Assembly (NCBI RefSeq): GCF_006345805.1
Contig: NC_042997.1
Coordinates: 118,110,001-118,174,000, forward strand
Origin: Octopus sinensis
Taxonomy: Eukaryota
Direction: 5' to 3'
DNA length: 64,000 nt
The notes under the pieces were generated by a model. It was not told the origin of the DNA, searched no databases, and saw nothing but the letters and a program-made list of their open reading frames with translations. Numbering within the stretch: the stretch's first letter is position 1; each line of letters begins with the position of its first letter. The position numbers were made by a program, and so were the translations under genes. Shown here in pieces: positions 42,205-55,286 of the stretch.

Positions 42205-42805
42205 CAAAGGAGAGGCTGTGTAGTAGGAAGCTTGCTTCCTAACCACGTGGTTCCGGGTTCAGTCTCACTGTGTGGCACCTTGGCCAAGTGTCTTCTACTA
42301 TAGCCTCGAGCTGACCAAAGCCTTGTGAATGGATTTGGTAGACGGAATCTTAAGGAAGCTCTTCGAATATATATTCTTTCATTTGTTTCAGTCATTTGAC
42401 TGTGGCCATGATGGAGCACCGCCTTTAGTCGAACAAATCGACCTCAGGACTTATTTTTTGTAAGCCTAGTACTTATGCTATGGGTCTGTTTTACGGGACT
42501 GCTAAGTTACGGAGACGTAAACACACCAACATCGGTTGTCAAACGATGATTGGGTGACAAACACAGATACTCAAATATGTAAATGCATACATACATACAT
42601 ACATACATACATACATACATACATACATACATACATACATACATACATACGACAGGCACCTTTCAGTTTCCGTCTACCAAGTCGACTCACAAGGCTTTGG
42701 TCAGGCCGAGGCTATAGTAGAAGTCATTTACCCAAAGTACCACGCAGTGAGACTGAACCCGGAACCATGTGGTTGGGAAGCAAGCTTCTTACCACACAGT
42801 CACTT
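42203..42805. mobile_element. Two SINE S2 copies tail-to-tail (plus 42203-42365, minus 42375-42805)
   Basis: S2 head on plus at 42203 and S2 head on minus at about 42800. The shared 5' halves form an inverted repeat. Confidence 0.85.
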
Positions 42806-42821
42806 CATATATAGTCATAAT

Positions 42822-42892
<71 letters not shown>

Positions 42893-43148
42893 GTAGGTGT
42901 AAACACATGAACAAAATAAAAATAAACAAATACAAAAACAGAAACGAAAGACAAATTACACGAACGTATATAAACAGGAAATACAAATATTACAGACACT
43001 TCCCCCAACACACACACACACTAACTAAACATAGACACACAGAGGTATACGCATGCCGAAATGAAGGCACATACAATAGGATTACAAAATTTAAAATGGC
43101 TGACCGTTAGTAAGGAGAGACACACAATTAAGAAAGAAGAAAGCAAAG

Positions 43149-43192
43149 GGCCACTGATGAGGTCACAGGAGTGTGACGAAAGAACTCTGGCC
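43149..43192 (+). ncRNA. Minimal type I hammerhead ribozyme motif
   Basis: ggcca-CTGATGA-g-gtcaca ggag tgtgac-GAAA-gaac-TC-tggcc. Stems I and II are perfect, stem III is vestigial. Confidence 0.78.
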
Positions 43193-43429
43193 GAAATAAG
43201 ATTAAGATTAATGTAAAAAATAAATAACACTGAAGCAAAGTAACACCAAATATATAGTGCGTGTGTTTTTATTGGATATACTGGCAAAATGACCGCTCCT
43301 AAATACAACAATATCTGTTTCAACACACGATTTCACATAAAAATCTTGCAAAACAAATATATAACGTATGTATGTATATATAATCTATATAATATATATA
43401 TTATATATATTCTATATATATATATATAT

Positions 43430-44150
43430 TAAAATAGTAAAAAGTGAAAAACCTACAGAAGGCTTGTTTTAAAAGGTTAAAAAATATATTTGAGTTATTA
43501 TGTCTGAAGAATGTTATACATTTTTTTCATACAATGACATAGTTTTTGAAGAAATGACCGGTTTCGCGTTCAGCTTTTCAAATTTCTTACATCGTTATGT
43601 TTACGTTGAGGAGTGTGAAGGAGAGTGAAAGAGAGTTCCAGATAAGGGAAGTAATAAGTGATTTCTTCCGGTGTAAGGGAGATAATCGCTTAATATTTAT
43701 TGCCTTTTTTTTGGAGTGAGTTTCTCTGTATAAGAATGTTGGAATGGCTAAGTTTGGGCTTGTATTTTTCAATGAAGAATGTTTCCTTGTTTAGTCTAAT
43801 TTGTGTTGGTGTTCCGATAGCATATTGGTAAATGGAAAGATTAAAAATTGCGGTAAGTAGTTTGCTTTTTGTGCGCATTCTCAATGTGCTCACTAAAGGG
43901 TATCATTCTGTATTCTGGGTATGCAATCTGTTGTCGATGCACTGTGCATCTACGTCTGAGTGATAGTCCCGTGGACCCCACGTAGTTTTGGTGGCAAGAA
44001 ATATTAAGCGATCATCTCTCTTACACCGGAAGAAATCACTTGTTACCTCCCCTTATCTGGAACTCTCCTTCACTCTCCTTCACACTTCTCAACATAAACA
44101 TAACGATGTAAGAAATTTGAAAAGCTGAACGCGAAACCGGTCATTTCTTC
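43430..44150 (-). mobile_element. Penelope-like element 3' fragment with inverted pseudo-LTR
   Basis: Minus strand QNYVGSTGLSLRRRCTVHRQQI..RLNKETFFIEKYKPKL. About 43548-43698 is inverted at about 43999-44150. Confidence 0.85.
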
Positions 44151-44204
44151 TGAAGTCTTGAAAATCGGTCATTTATTCTGACCGAAACCGGTCATTTATT
44201 CTGA

Positions 44205-44450
44205 AGTCTTGAAAATCATTTGGACGGAAAAAATATGAATTCTATAGACGTGGTCAGAACAGTACTGGAGAAGTATTTTTCGTCGCGGACAAGGGAATTT
44301 TGGAAGAGGGCCTTTGCAAGTCTACTAGATAGATGGAAGAGCATTGTAGAAAATGGAGGAGGGTATATTTTTGATTAAAAAGAACTTTATCTTAATTTGA
44401 AAAATAAAAGAAGTATAAGAAAGCCGCCTTATTATGGGATGACCATTTAT
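44205..44450 (+). mobile_element. Mariner 3' end fragment
   Basis: SLENHLDGK..LEKYFSSR..EFWKRAFASLLDRWKSIVENGGGYIFD*, then a probable terminal inverted repeat running into (TA)n. Confidence 0.75.
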
Positions 44451-44559
44451 ATAATATATATATATATATTATATATATATATATTATATATATATATATA
44501 TTAATATATATATATATATATAAATGTATATTATATAATATATAATGTATGTATAATAT

Positions 44560-45215
44560 ATAACAAAATCGAATACTTATACAAAGGTATGTTGTGTTGT
44601 TTGGAGGCGCAATGGCCCAATCGTTAGAGAAGCCAACTCGCGGTCGGAGGATCGCAGTTTCGTTTCCCAGACCGGGCGTTGTGTGTGTTTATTGAGCGAA
44701 AGCACCTAAAAGCTCCAAGACGCTCCGGCAGGCGATGGTGGCGACCCCTGTTGTACTCTTTCGCCACAACTTTCTCTCACCTTCTCTTCCTGTTTCTTGA
44801 GTAACGCTGCTATGAACTGGCGTCCCGTCCAGCTGGGGGAGGGGGCACATACGCCACAGAAACCTGGGAAACCGGGCCTATGAGCCTGGCTAGGATTGAA
44901 AAGGGCGACGTTTATCGTTATGTCTGTTGTTATTTCGTGAGTTGACTGCGGGTTTTAGACGTAAGGGAATATATTCTGTATGCGCCTGGTGTAAAAAGCG
45001 CCTTAAAGTAAGTCATAGCCAAGCGGGATAACTCACATAGTTTCCCTTTCTTGGCCTATGTAACTTGCGTGAGTTGTCCTGCTTGACGATGACTTACTTT
45101 CAGGTGTTTTTTACACCAGGCAATAAAGCAAATATTCTCTAACGCCTAAAAACCGCAGCCGTCACACAAACTAACAACATACATACCTTGTGTATATGTG
45201 TTTGATTTTGTTTAA
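44560..45215. mobile_element. Foldback/MITE-like palindromic element interrupted by a SINE
   Basis: taacaaaatc..tacaaaggtatgt at 44561 pairs with ataccttgtgta..gattttgttt at about 45184-45213. The inner arms 44920-45037 and 45068-45185 pair imperfectly. Confidence 0.75.
44603..44910 (+). mobile_element. SINE S3 variant nested in the foldback
   Basis: ggaggcgcaatggcccaatcgttag head and S3 body, followed by gctatgaactggcgtcccgtccag..agaaacc.ggg. Confidence 0.85.
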
Positions 45216-45249
45216 ATATTTCTCGAGCTACTTCTAATTCATATTTGAA

Positions 45250-45284
<35 letters not shown>

Positions 45285-45286
<2 letters not shown>

Positions 45287-45606
45287 TAAGGATAAGATCG
45301 TTAATCTAAAATAAAATAACGAACTTATCAAGTGGTCAGCATGGAAATAATAACCTTCAAAGGTAATAATTATTAAAATTATAAATTAGGGTATCTATGA
45401 GATACCACCATGCTGAAAATAGCAGCCAAGAACCGACTTTAAAACTACTTTAAACTTTCATATAGCAACGTAGAGAAAAGACAAAGAGACAAGATGAAAC
45501 TAGTAAAAAATTACTGGATAATTCTAGATCCAGGATTTCTGACTTTGTATTTAGAAATGCTTTGCCTCGTCAGTAAAATATACTCAGAAGGAAACATAAA
45601 TACACA

Positions 45607-45645
<39 letters not shown>

Positions 45646-45825
45646 AATACAACATACGAATATTTACATATACGAACGTATACATGCATATAAAGTTTTT
45701 ACTAGTTTCATCTTTTCTCTTTGTTTTTTCTCTATGTTGCTATATGAAAACTTAAAGTGGTTTTAAAGTTGGTTCATGGCTGCTATTTTCAGCATGGTGG
45801 TATCTCGTAGATAACCTAATTTATA
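45285..45825. mobile_element. Probable PLE-derived element with inverted arms within (TA)n
   Basis: About 45379-45509 is inverted at about 45696-45825. There is a hammerhead-like motif on minus at 45522-45577. Confidence 0.65.
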
Positions 45826-45828
45826 TAT

Positions 45829-45877
<49 letters not shown>

Positions 45878-46489
45878 TATACATACACATGTATGTATAC
45901 CTTAACAAAGAAAAGAAACAGTCCAACACATATTCATGTAGTTAAAAGAGTTGCTGTAAAAATATTACATTGAAAAATTTCTAACACTCGGCTATCTTCT
46001 CGTGAAATGTCAAGTTGTATAAGACAGAAAAAAATATGATATAAACATGCAAAAACAAACACGAGTATATCAAACATAATATTTCGGCCCCCCCCCCGCC
46101 CCACTAAAAAAAAAGAGAAAAAATCCAACAAAACCCCAACAAAACAAAACGAAAAAACAACAAATATGATAAAAAGCCACGAGTATACATTGGAATAGCG
46201 ATCAACGCAAATGCTACTTTGTAAAGAATTATGGATTCGCTTCAATAAGGTAAACATAGAATTCAAACAAACAACTGACTCGAGTTTGCTGAACGATGTT
46301 TTCAAAAGATATTCCAAATGTATTCGCTGAATGATTTCTATAGATAAATAAGCACAAATGTTTCGTTGACAGCACAGAAAATGTTCTCCCTTTTTATTTT
46401 ATTTTTGTTTTTACATTTATTTTATTTCATTTTGATTTGCTTCTTTCGATTATTTCGAAATCCACGGTAGTAAATGGTTGAATGCAACA

Positions 46490-46520
46490 GATAGATAGAT
46501 AGATAAATAAATAGGTAGAT

Positions 46521-46566
<46 letters not shown>

Positions 46567-46666
46567 AAGGGGGAAAGAGAGCGAAAGAGAGAGAAAGAGA
46601 AAGGGAGAGACTATGGGGGACAGAAGGGGAGAAAGAGAAAGGGAGAGAGAAATACATGGAACAATG

Positions 46667-46716
<50 letters not shown>

Positions 46717-46787
46717 GTAATAATAATAGTAATAATAATAATAATGATGATAATAATAATAATAACAACAATAATAATAATAATAAC

Positions 46788-46821
<34 letters not shown>

Positions 46822-47004
46822 GTAACAATGATAATAATAACCTCAATAATAATTTTAAAATATCCATCAAACTGATAATAATAATAGTAATAATAATGAT
46901 AAACATTGTAGTCGTGATCATATTATTATTACTGTAGAAGTAGTAGTTGTAGTAGAAGTAATAACAACAACAACAGCAACAACAACAAGAACAAGAATAA
47001 TATA

Positions 47005-47064
<60 letters not shown>

Positions 47065-47135
47065 TAATAATAATAGTAATAAATGATGATGATGATGATG
47101 ATAAAAAAATGATGATAATAAGGATAATAAAATGA
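46490..47135. repeat. Compound (GATA)/(GA)n/(AAT)n/(CAA)n microsatellite block
   Basis: Direct reading of the sequence. Confidence 0.9.
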
Positions 47136-47492
47136 TGGAAGAAATTAGTTTCCGGGGCTATTCTATAAGAAAATGTAAGCGAAAGAGAGATAGGAAGGAA
47201 TGCTTGTGTACGATTGAATTTTGTGTTTTTAAAAACATTTTTCGCAATTTTGCTTACATAGGTGTGAATATTTCCTTGAATGTTTGCATTGCATTCGGAA
47301 ATGTGCATATACATACATATATACATGCATACATGTACACATACATTTTCTTACATATATACTTACATACAACCATTCATATATATATACATACACACAT
47401 ACATATATATATGTATGTATGTATATATACTATATATATATATAATATTATATTTATATATATACCTATATAATCTATTCTATATCTATATC

Positions 47493-47523
<31 letters not shown>

Positions 47524-47639
47524 ATATCTTTTCTATATATATGCATGTATTTAATATTTTATATATATTCATACAAATATATATGCATATGTAATATGCT
47601 TACATATGTATTGTACAATTTAAAACACACACCGCACGC

Positions 47640-47684
<45 letters not shown>

Positions 47685-48689
47685 GTAGGACATGCGTATT
47701 GTATAATTTATATATATAAATATATATATACATATATACATACATACATATATATGTAAATATGTTGGTAATATATATATTATAGGTATGTATATATATG
47801 TATATATAAAGAGAGAGAGAGAGAGAATGAGAGAGAGAGGAAAGAAGAAAGAGAGTGTGTGATAGGCACATTGTATACCTTCTGTGGATAGAATACAATT
47901 TATATAAACGTGTGGTGAAAGAAATCTTTTCGTGAATATTTGTTAGCTCGTATATATATGTACTTCGGGATATATTCATACACAAACGACGCAAACACGT
48001 AGATATGATTACACCTTATTATACACACACTCACACACACAGACACACACATAAATGTTACACTTACTCGCACACACACGCGCACGCGTACACACATATA
48101 TTTCTTTATGTACGCTTACATACCCATTTTATATATATATATATATATATATTATTATATATATATATATATATATGCATATTCTGTGGAGATATCATTT
48201 CTCGACAACGTCCAAATAATACAAGTGAAAGACAGATAACTGAATCAGTTTGTATACCAGAGTACGAACCATGTCAATCGTAAATTCAATAGAGTAACAC
48301 TATATTTTAAGAAGAGTATGAAAAGATTAAAAAGGAAAGAAATACCCGCAGGCTTAACAAAAAACTTGCCAATAGTTGTTTTCCTACTGATAGAGTAGAG
48401 TTCAATCAATGACCAGGTCACCGATGTGCTGTGAATTATTTGTTATGTTTCTGTACAAGCAAAAATCAAATTGAAATTGAATTCGAAATTTTTGTATTCA
48501 ATGCAGAAGATATAGGTGTGCTTGTTAAAAATTCGCTTCTCAACCACTTGGTACCGAGTTCAATCACATTGCTTGGTACTTGAGTGAATGACTTCTACCG
48601 TTCTTCCAAATCTGACTAGTACAATTTAAGGGGAAATTGGTAAATGAAAATTTTCGGAAGTCCGTCTAATATATGCAAAGCAACTACTA

Positions 48690-49170
48690 CCACAATTTAT
48701 AATCTTTCCATTCTATTAATATGCTATTGGAACACCAACACAAGTTAGATTAAACAAGGAAACATTCTTCATTGAAAAATATAAGCCAAAACTTAACCAT
48801 TTCAAAAATTTTTAAACAAGGAAACTCATGTCATTAAAAAAATATAAACCAAAACCTAAACACATTCTATTCCTTCTACAGTAATGTTTATTTAGTCATA
48901 CCCAACATGTTTGATTATCCCCCTTATACCGGAAGAAATCCCTGATTATCTTCCCCTGCATAGAACCTCATATTTTACAACATAGCGAAGACACGACACG
49001 ATATAGGTAAAGAAATTTGAAAAGAAAATACGAAACTGGTTATTTCTCCCAAAACTATGTTACTATTCACAAAATTTTATAACATTTTTCTAACTTAACG
49101 ACATAAATATATTCTTTAACCTTATAACACAAGCCTTCTGTTTTTTTTCACTCTTTTTTATTTTTTTATA
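48690..49170 (+). mobile_element. Penelope-like element 3' fragment, same family as 43430-44150
   Basis: YAIGTPTQVRLNKETFFIEKYKPKLN and a homologous UTR (ttataccggaagaaatc, aagaaatttgaaaag..cgaaactggttatttc). Confidence 0.8.
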
Positions 49171-49284
49171 CATCCAACCACGTGTTTCACACACCAACAC
49201 TCTCACCTATATATAATATATCTATATATATATATATATATATATTATATAATATATATATATATTCATACTCACTCTCTACGC

Positions 49285-49665
49285 TTTTACTCTTTCACCT
49301 GTTTCAGCAGCTATTTCACTGTGGCCATGCTGGAGCGCGGCCTTTAGTCGAACAAATCGACCTAGGAAGGCTTCTTGGAAGCTAGTACTTATTCTATCGG
49401 TCTCTTTTGCCGAACTGCTAAGTTACAGGGACATAAACACACCAACATCGGTTGTCAAGCGATGTTGGGGGGACAAACAGACGCACAAACATATACATAT
49501 ACATACATACATATATATATACATATATACGACGGGCTTCTTTCAGTTTCCGTCTACCAAATCCACTCACAAGGCTTTGGTCGGCCCGAAGCTATAGTAG
49601 AAGACACTTTCCCAAGGTGCCACGCAGTAGGACTGAACCTGGAACCATGTGGTTCGTAAGCAAGC
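49285..49665 (-). mobile_element. SINE S2
   Basis: Reverse complement of the S2 body and tail, with an internal (TA/CA)n. Confidence 0.9.
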
Positions 49666-49954
49666 TATATATATATATATAGGTGTTTGTATGATTGTGT
49701 ATAGGGGGATATATATTATTCAAAGAAAATTCCAACTCTGTCTGATTTTGATGTTTTATTTATATTCTTTATAATATTAATGTAGAATTTAGAATATATA
49801 CTATAAATAATATATATATAGTAAAATGAAATGAAGTATTAATTGTCTTATTGAATAGATCAAATGTTGAATATAAAATATCAGGGGACTAGTATACTTT
49901 CATGCGTTATAGCAGTCTTCAAGGTCCCAAGAGTGTTGCAACTGTATATATATA

Positions 49955-50000
<46 letters not shown>

Positions 50001-50670
50001 GTGTATATACATATGAATACCAACGTCATTTTCAGCAAATCAATGTCAGCCATTGTCCAGTTTAAAACGGTGAAACAATGTCATATGTTAGTCTGCTTGT
50101 CCAACAACTCTGCTAACTTTATAGCTCTAAGAAAGTGAAAAAAAAAACAAAACAAAAACAATTGAGCTCATGTTGGAGGGCTTTTGTCTAGAAAACTTTC
50201 TGTGCTACTCACTGACTTAACACCACTTGTTAATGATACAGCAGGCCATTGGAAAGTGTTCAGTAGAATGAATTTTATTCAATCGATTATAATACCCACC
50301 TCTGATAAAATTGGTATTGTGTCTGGAGAAAATAAATCAATATTTGTGCTGTTGAACTTGCATCGTATGTGCTCCTAAATCTAATTTCGAAATAAGCACC
50401 AATATGCAGTACTGATAAGCGTATTACGAACGTAAAATAGCCAATTACTTGGAGAATAACTCGCCTTAGTTTCAATGTCTTTAGAGATTACGCAATGTTA
50501 AGAAAAGTCATCTATAAGATGGAGTTAATTGTAAATATGATCGAGGTTCGGATTTAAATAGTTTTACTATACAAGTATCATGTTCCATTTTCAGAGAAAC
50601 ATTCTGTTTATCCGCCAACGTTGATATAACAAATAGCAAGAAAATGCATGTATATATATATATATAATAT

Positions 50671-50707
<37 letters not shown>

Positions 50708-50766
50708 GTGCGTGTAGGAGAGGAAAAATTATAATAAGGCAGAATATACGTATATATGTCTATATA

Positions 50767-50799
<33 letters not shown>

Positions 50800-50829
50800 G
50801 ATCGGTAGCCACTACACACCTTTTTTGCT

Positions 50830-50995
50830 CTCCTTGTTTCTCAGCTTGTTTTTTTCTGGGTCCCTTTCTATAGAAGAGCGTAGGCTCGAAACGTAAAAGA
50901 CTTTTTCAATTCCTGAGCGATATACTAATACATATGTTTTTTTTCTACACCACCTGTCTTCGTCTTCTGTTTTTTTCGTGGACTCTCTCCCTATA
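50830..50995 (+). mobile_element. Short PLE-derived repeat with degenerate hammerhead core
   Basis: cttt-CTATAGAAGA-gcgtaggctc-GAAA-cg-TA-aaag. Homologous to 7385-7550 and 30490-30625. Confidence 0.6.
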
Positions 50996-51412
50996 TATAT
51001 ATTTATAGACGGATAGATACACAGGTAATATGAATAGACAAGCACATATACACACATGTAAACACACACACACATGCGCACAAGCAAACAAAAAGAACGC
51101 TGCTCGGATAAAGGACAAAGTCAACAACTAACTATTGCAGGACGCAACAAACATTTTAGGAAAAATTAATACGTATATGAGTGGAAACTGAACCGGACAC
51201 AACAATGTATATATATATATGCACATATATGTATATATATATATATATATATATACATACATACACACACACACATATATATATATTATTGTAATCATAT
51301 ATATATATATGATAACAATAATTCTAGGATTATTATATATAATATATAATGTATGTATGTATATACATATATGTATATATGTATATATATACATACACAC
51401 ACACACACACAT

Positions 51413-51452
<40 letters not shown>

Positions 51453-52447
51453 CTGTATATTATTGTTATCATATATATATATATGATAACAATAATTCTA
51501 GGATGGAATTTATAAATATGTAATACATCGCTACGTATGTTTCCATAAATCATATTATTTTGACATCAGAGTTAATATCCTTGGATTATGGCACTATAGT
51601 CCGTATTTTCTGTAGGCATCCGGCTGATCATCATCATTGATTCATTTCATTGGGCGATACAGCATTATTGGATGGATCACAGAGGAATGTTTATCCCTTC
51701 ATGCCAGTGTGAAAGCCAATCTGGCTATGTGGATACTTCTGTATGTGCTCGGTAGGAGGCGGTAGGTAATGAGAGTAGAGGAAGGAATGGTAGTAATGTG
51801 GGGATGGAGGTATATATATACTTGGAAAAGGATGCGTGGCGTTCGATCATATAATAATATAAATAATATATGAATATATGCATATATGTACATACCTACA
51901 CATGTATGTATATATACATGCTTATATGGGTACAAAAAACGTTGAATACAATGAGAAACGAAAACATAAAATGAAAAGCATAGAAACGAACTTTTTTTCG
52001 AACAACGAAAGAAACAAACAGAGAAACGAGACATGCAACATAAAGAATATACCTCTTCTTCGGTTGTTTTTGTTTCATTTACTGTGCGTTCGAAGGCAAG
52101 GGCAATACGCGACTTAATTGAAATAGTCCTTCCCGCAAAGCAAATTAAATAAAATTTGGGATTTGTTGCGGAGGGTGAAAATGGTAACAAGAACAGGGCA
52201 GTGAGCACAAAACAGTAAAAACAAACGGTGAGGGCTGTTAAGCCTAGTCGAAAGAAAAATTATGAACGCTAGGAAGACGAGCTTATGAGAGGAGACAGTG
52301 TAAGCACATTTTGTCTTTAGGAAGGTAGTGAGCAGAAAGATAGATTCCCTTTCGTCACGTGTCAGTGACGAGAGAGTCGAGGAGGAAGAGTGAGAGTGAG
52401 GGAACGGTGACGAGGAGAGATGAAGAATAAGGAAGTATGGGAGAGAA

Positions 52448-52478
<31 letters not shown>

Positions 52479-53477
52479 TGTCGTAGAAGACACTAGCCCA
52501 AGGACTGAACTCGGAACCATGTGGTTTGGAAGCAAGCTTCTTACCGTACAGTCACTCTTGTGTCTTTATGTATTTAAAATATGTATATCTTGTCCGTCGC
52601 TCAACTGATTTTGGCAAGTTTCCTTCCATTCCTACGCCTTCCCTATCGACAGAGAAAATGGTAATTATCTCTGCTCTACAGTTCTTACCTCTGGGTGATG
52701 CAAGTGAGAATAATCTATATTCATGAATCAAAACCCAACAAAAATCAATGTAAAATAGCCAAGGAACTTCGCCGAAACTCTGTCGAATTAAATCTGTTTT
52801 AGCTGTCGAAAAGTTTGATGCCTGACATCATCGTTCTCGTTTTATATTTTTCCACTGTATTCAACAGAGAAGATGCATTAGCTAAATAAATAATTAAACA
52901 AAAAAAACAAATAAAAGGAATCAAAATTAAAAAAGAATATTACAAAACAACACAGAATCAATATCAAGAAATTTCTTGTATGTTTGATCTATTCTCTAAA
53001 AATAAAAAAATAAAGAAAAAGGCTCACGTTATTTAATTATCCTTTGCTTTTCTCAAGCCTGTTTTGTTTTTGTTTTTTAAAGACATAACCATACTGCAAG
53101 TTACAAAGAACTCTTTGTTGAAGTTTACCCAATTTTCGTACTTTATCAACTATAAAGATTGCATTCTCTGAGCAAACTCTCCATTCCATTTTCTATCTGC
53201 AGGTTGTTGAAGGTTTATACATTAGGCATTTACACTCATTTATCATTCGAATGTTAATAATTTTTTTTCTATAAACGTATTTAGAGCTTCAAAATGGTAT
53301 GTCTGAAGTCGGTAGCTTTAGTATCGAAAGACAGTTATTGATTAAATTTTCAAATTCGATTGTCCCCCACTCACTCACTCACTCACTCCTCACTCACTCA
53401 CTCACTCACTCATCACTCACTCACTCATTCACTCACTCACTCACTCACTCAATCACTTACTCACTCTCACACACACA

Positions 53478-53539
<62 letters not shown>

Positions 53540-53602
53540 GAAGTTTCAGCTCGGAGCTGTGACCATGCATATTTATATATTCATACATACACACACACAC
53601 AC

Positions 53603-53664
<62 letters not shown>

Positions 53665-53690
53665 ATATATATATATATACATACACATAC

Positions 53691-53728
<38 letters not shown>

Positions 53729-54811
53729 TATATATATATTATATTATATTATATTATATTATATTGTATTATATATGCATACACAAATATATTTATGTGT
53801 ATATAGATATATGCATATATGTATGTATACGTATATATTGTAATTAGCGAGTAGTACATTCAGTTTTTTTTCAATTTTTTAAATCAATTTTTCTGATCTA
53901 TTGCCAATCACTATTTGTCATCTTTCCATTCTAGTGCGTAGTCCAGTATTACAAGCAGCCATATTTAGTTCGCCGCGCGGTCATTGCTGTGATCTTCAGT
54001 GTCTTGTAACCTTAACACACATTTCAATTACCATGCTTCGAGTGAACTATTCTGTTGTGAACTTCTCCACTTGAAGTCATCTGTCATTCCTCAGAAGCAG
54101 ATTATAGCAGATTTCTTTCTTTGAAAGTGGCATTTCAACCGAACTATGCTACATCTTCCAATATTCATCAAGAGATTAAAAAAAAATAAGTTGAAGCAAA
54201 AATTTAAAATAACACACTTCGGGCAATGCAAAAGGATGTTTATTGATAAACAATACTAAAAAAATATTTAAAAAATCTAAAGCATTAATCAAGAAGAAAG
54301 AGGAGGAGGGAAGGGAGAAAGCAAGAGAAAGAACGAAAGAGAAAAAGAGGGAGAGGGAGAGAAAGAAAAGGAGATGAAGAAATGATGAGAAAGAAGAAAG
54401 ATAACGGGGGATTATGTAATTACTATTTCCAAACAACATGTTCCGATACAATAATTAATAAATTATGTAAAATCTCTTTAGAGTTGATAACAAATTAAAA
54501 AATTTCTTTTTCATTGTTTGTGGCATGAAATTAGATGAACAAGAATAGAAGGAGACAGATCAATTGTTTTGCTATTGCTCAGGCAGGGTTTCGACAATGG
54601 CCGATCTGATAGTCAACGGCGAGTGGCTTCTTTTACCGTTGAATCATCTGTGAGACTGATTGACATTCAAGAATATTCTATATTTAGGTGGTGCGAGAAG
54701 TTTTGGTGCAGCCGTTCTGGCGCTGCTCATCTGATGTCACTGATTCGATGCTGACTTGTTTGACATGAGACATTTTAATGTTTCTCTTGTTTTAATACTT
54801 TTCTTGCGAAA

Positions 54812-55035
54812 AGCTGACAGAAACTTTAGCACGCCAGGTGAAATGCTTAGCGATTTTTCGCCTGTCATTACGCTCTGAGTTCAAATTCTGCCGAGGTCGA
54901 CTTTGCCTTTCATCCTTTCGGGGTCGATTAACTAAGCACCAGTTACGCACTGGAGTCGATGTAATCGACTTAATCCCTTTGCCTGTCCTTGTTTGTCCCC
55001 TCTGTGTTTAGCCCCCTGTGGGTAATAAATAAATA
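54812..55035 (+). mobile_element. SINE S1 with Tx1-like tail
   Basis: S1 body with the tail ccttgtttgtcccctctgtgtttagccccctgtgggtaataaataaata. Confidence 0.88.
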
Positions 55036-55286
55036 CTTTTCCCGCTCGCTCCCTTCCTTCCTTCCCTCCCCTACTCCCCTCCCACCTCCCCTCCTCATCG
55101 CCATCCTCCTCCTCCTCCGACGTATGACAGGTGAACATGTCTTAGCTTCATCCTAACCATAAAAAGTACAGAGGCAGCTGAACAATCATTAGTCTAAATG
55201 AACTTAGTTGCATCTGTAAACTGCTTGCCACCTTTTCATAAATAACAATCATTTAGAGGCCATTGGAGGAAACTAATGAGCATTTC

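Noticed and set aside
44139-44220. Short repeats as a CRISPR-like array
   Set aside because: They are irregular junction reiterations with no unique spacers and no cas genes, in a eukaryotic context.
46427-47326. 299-aa hydrophobic ORF
   Set aside because: It consists of (ATT)n, (TTG)n and (CT)n tracts, so the poly-I/L/C runs are artefacts.
52340-52372. Hairpin cgtcac..gtgacg followed by AAA on minus, resembling a hammerhead stem II
   Set aside because: There is no CTGANGA upstream.
53900-54170. Possible mariner N-terminal remnant on minus
   Set aside because: Too degenerate to read a convincing motif.
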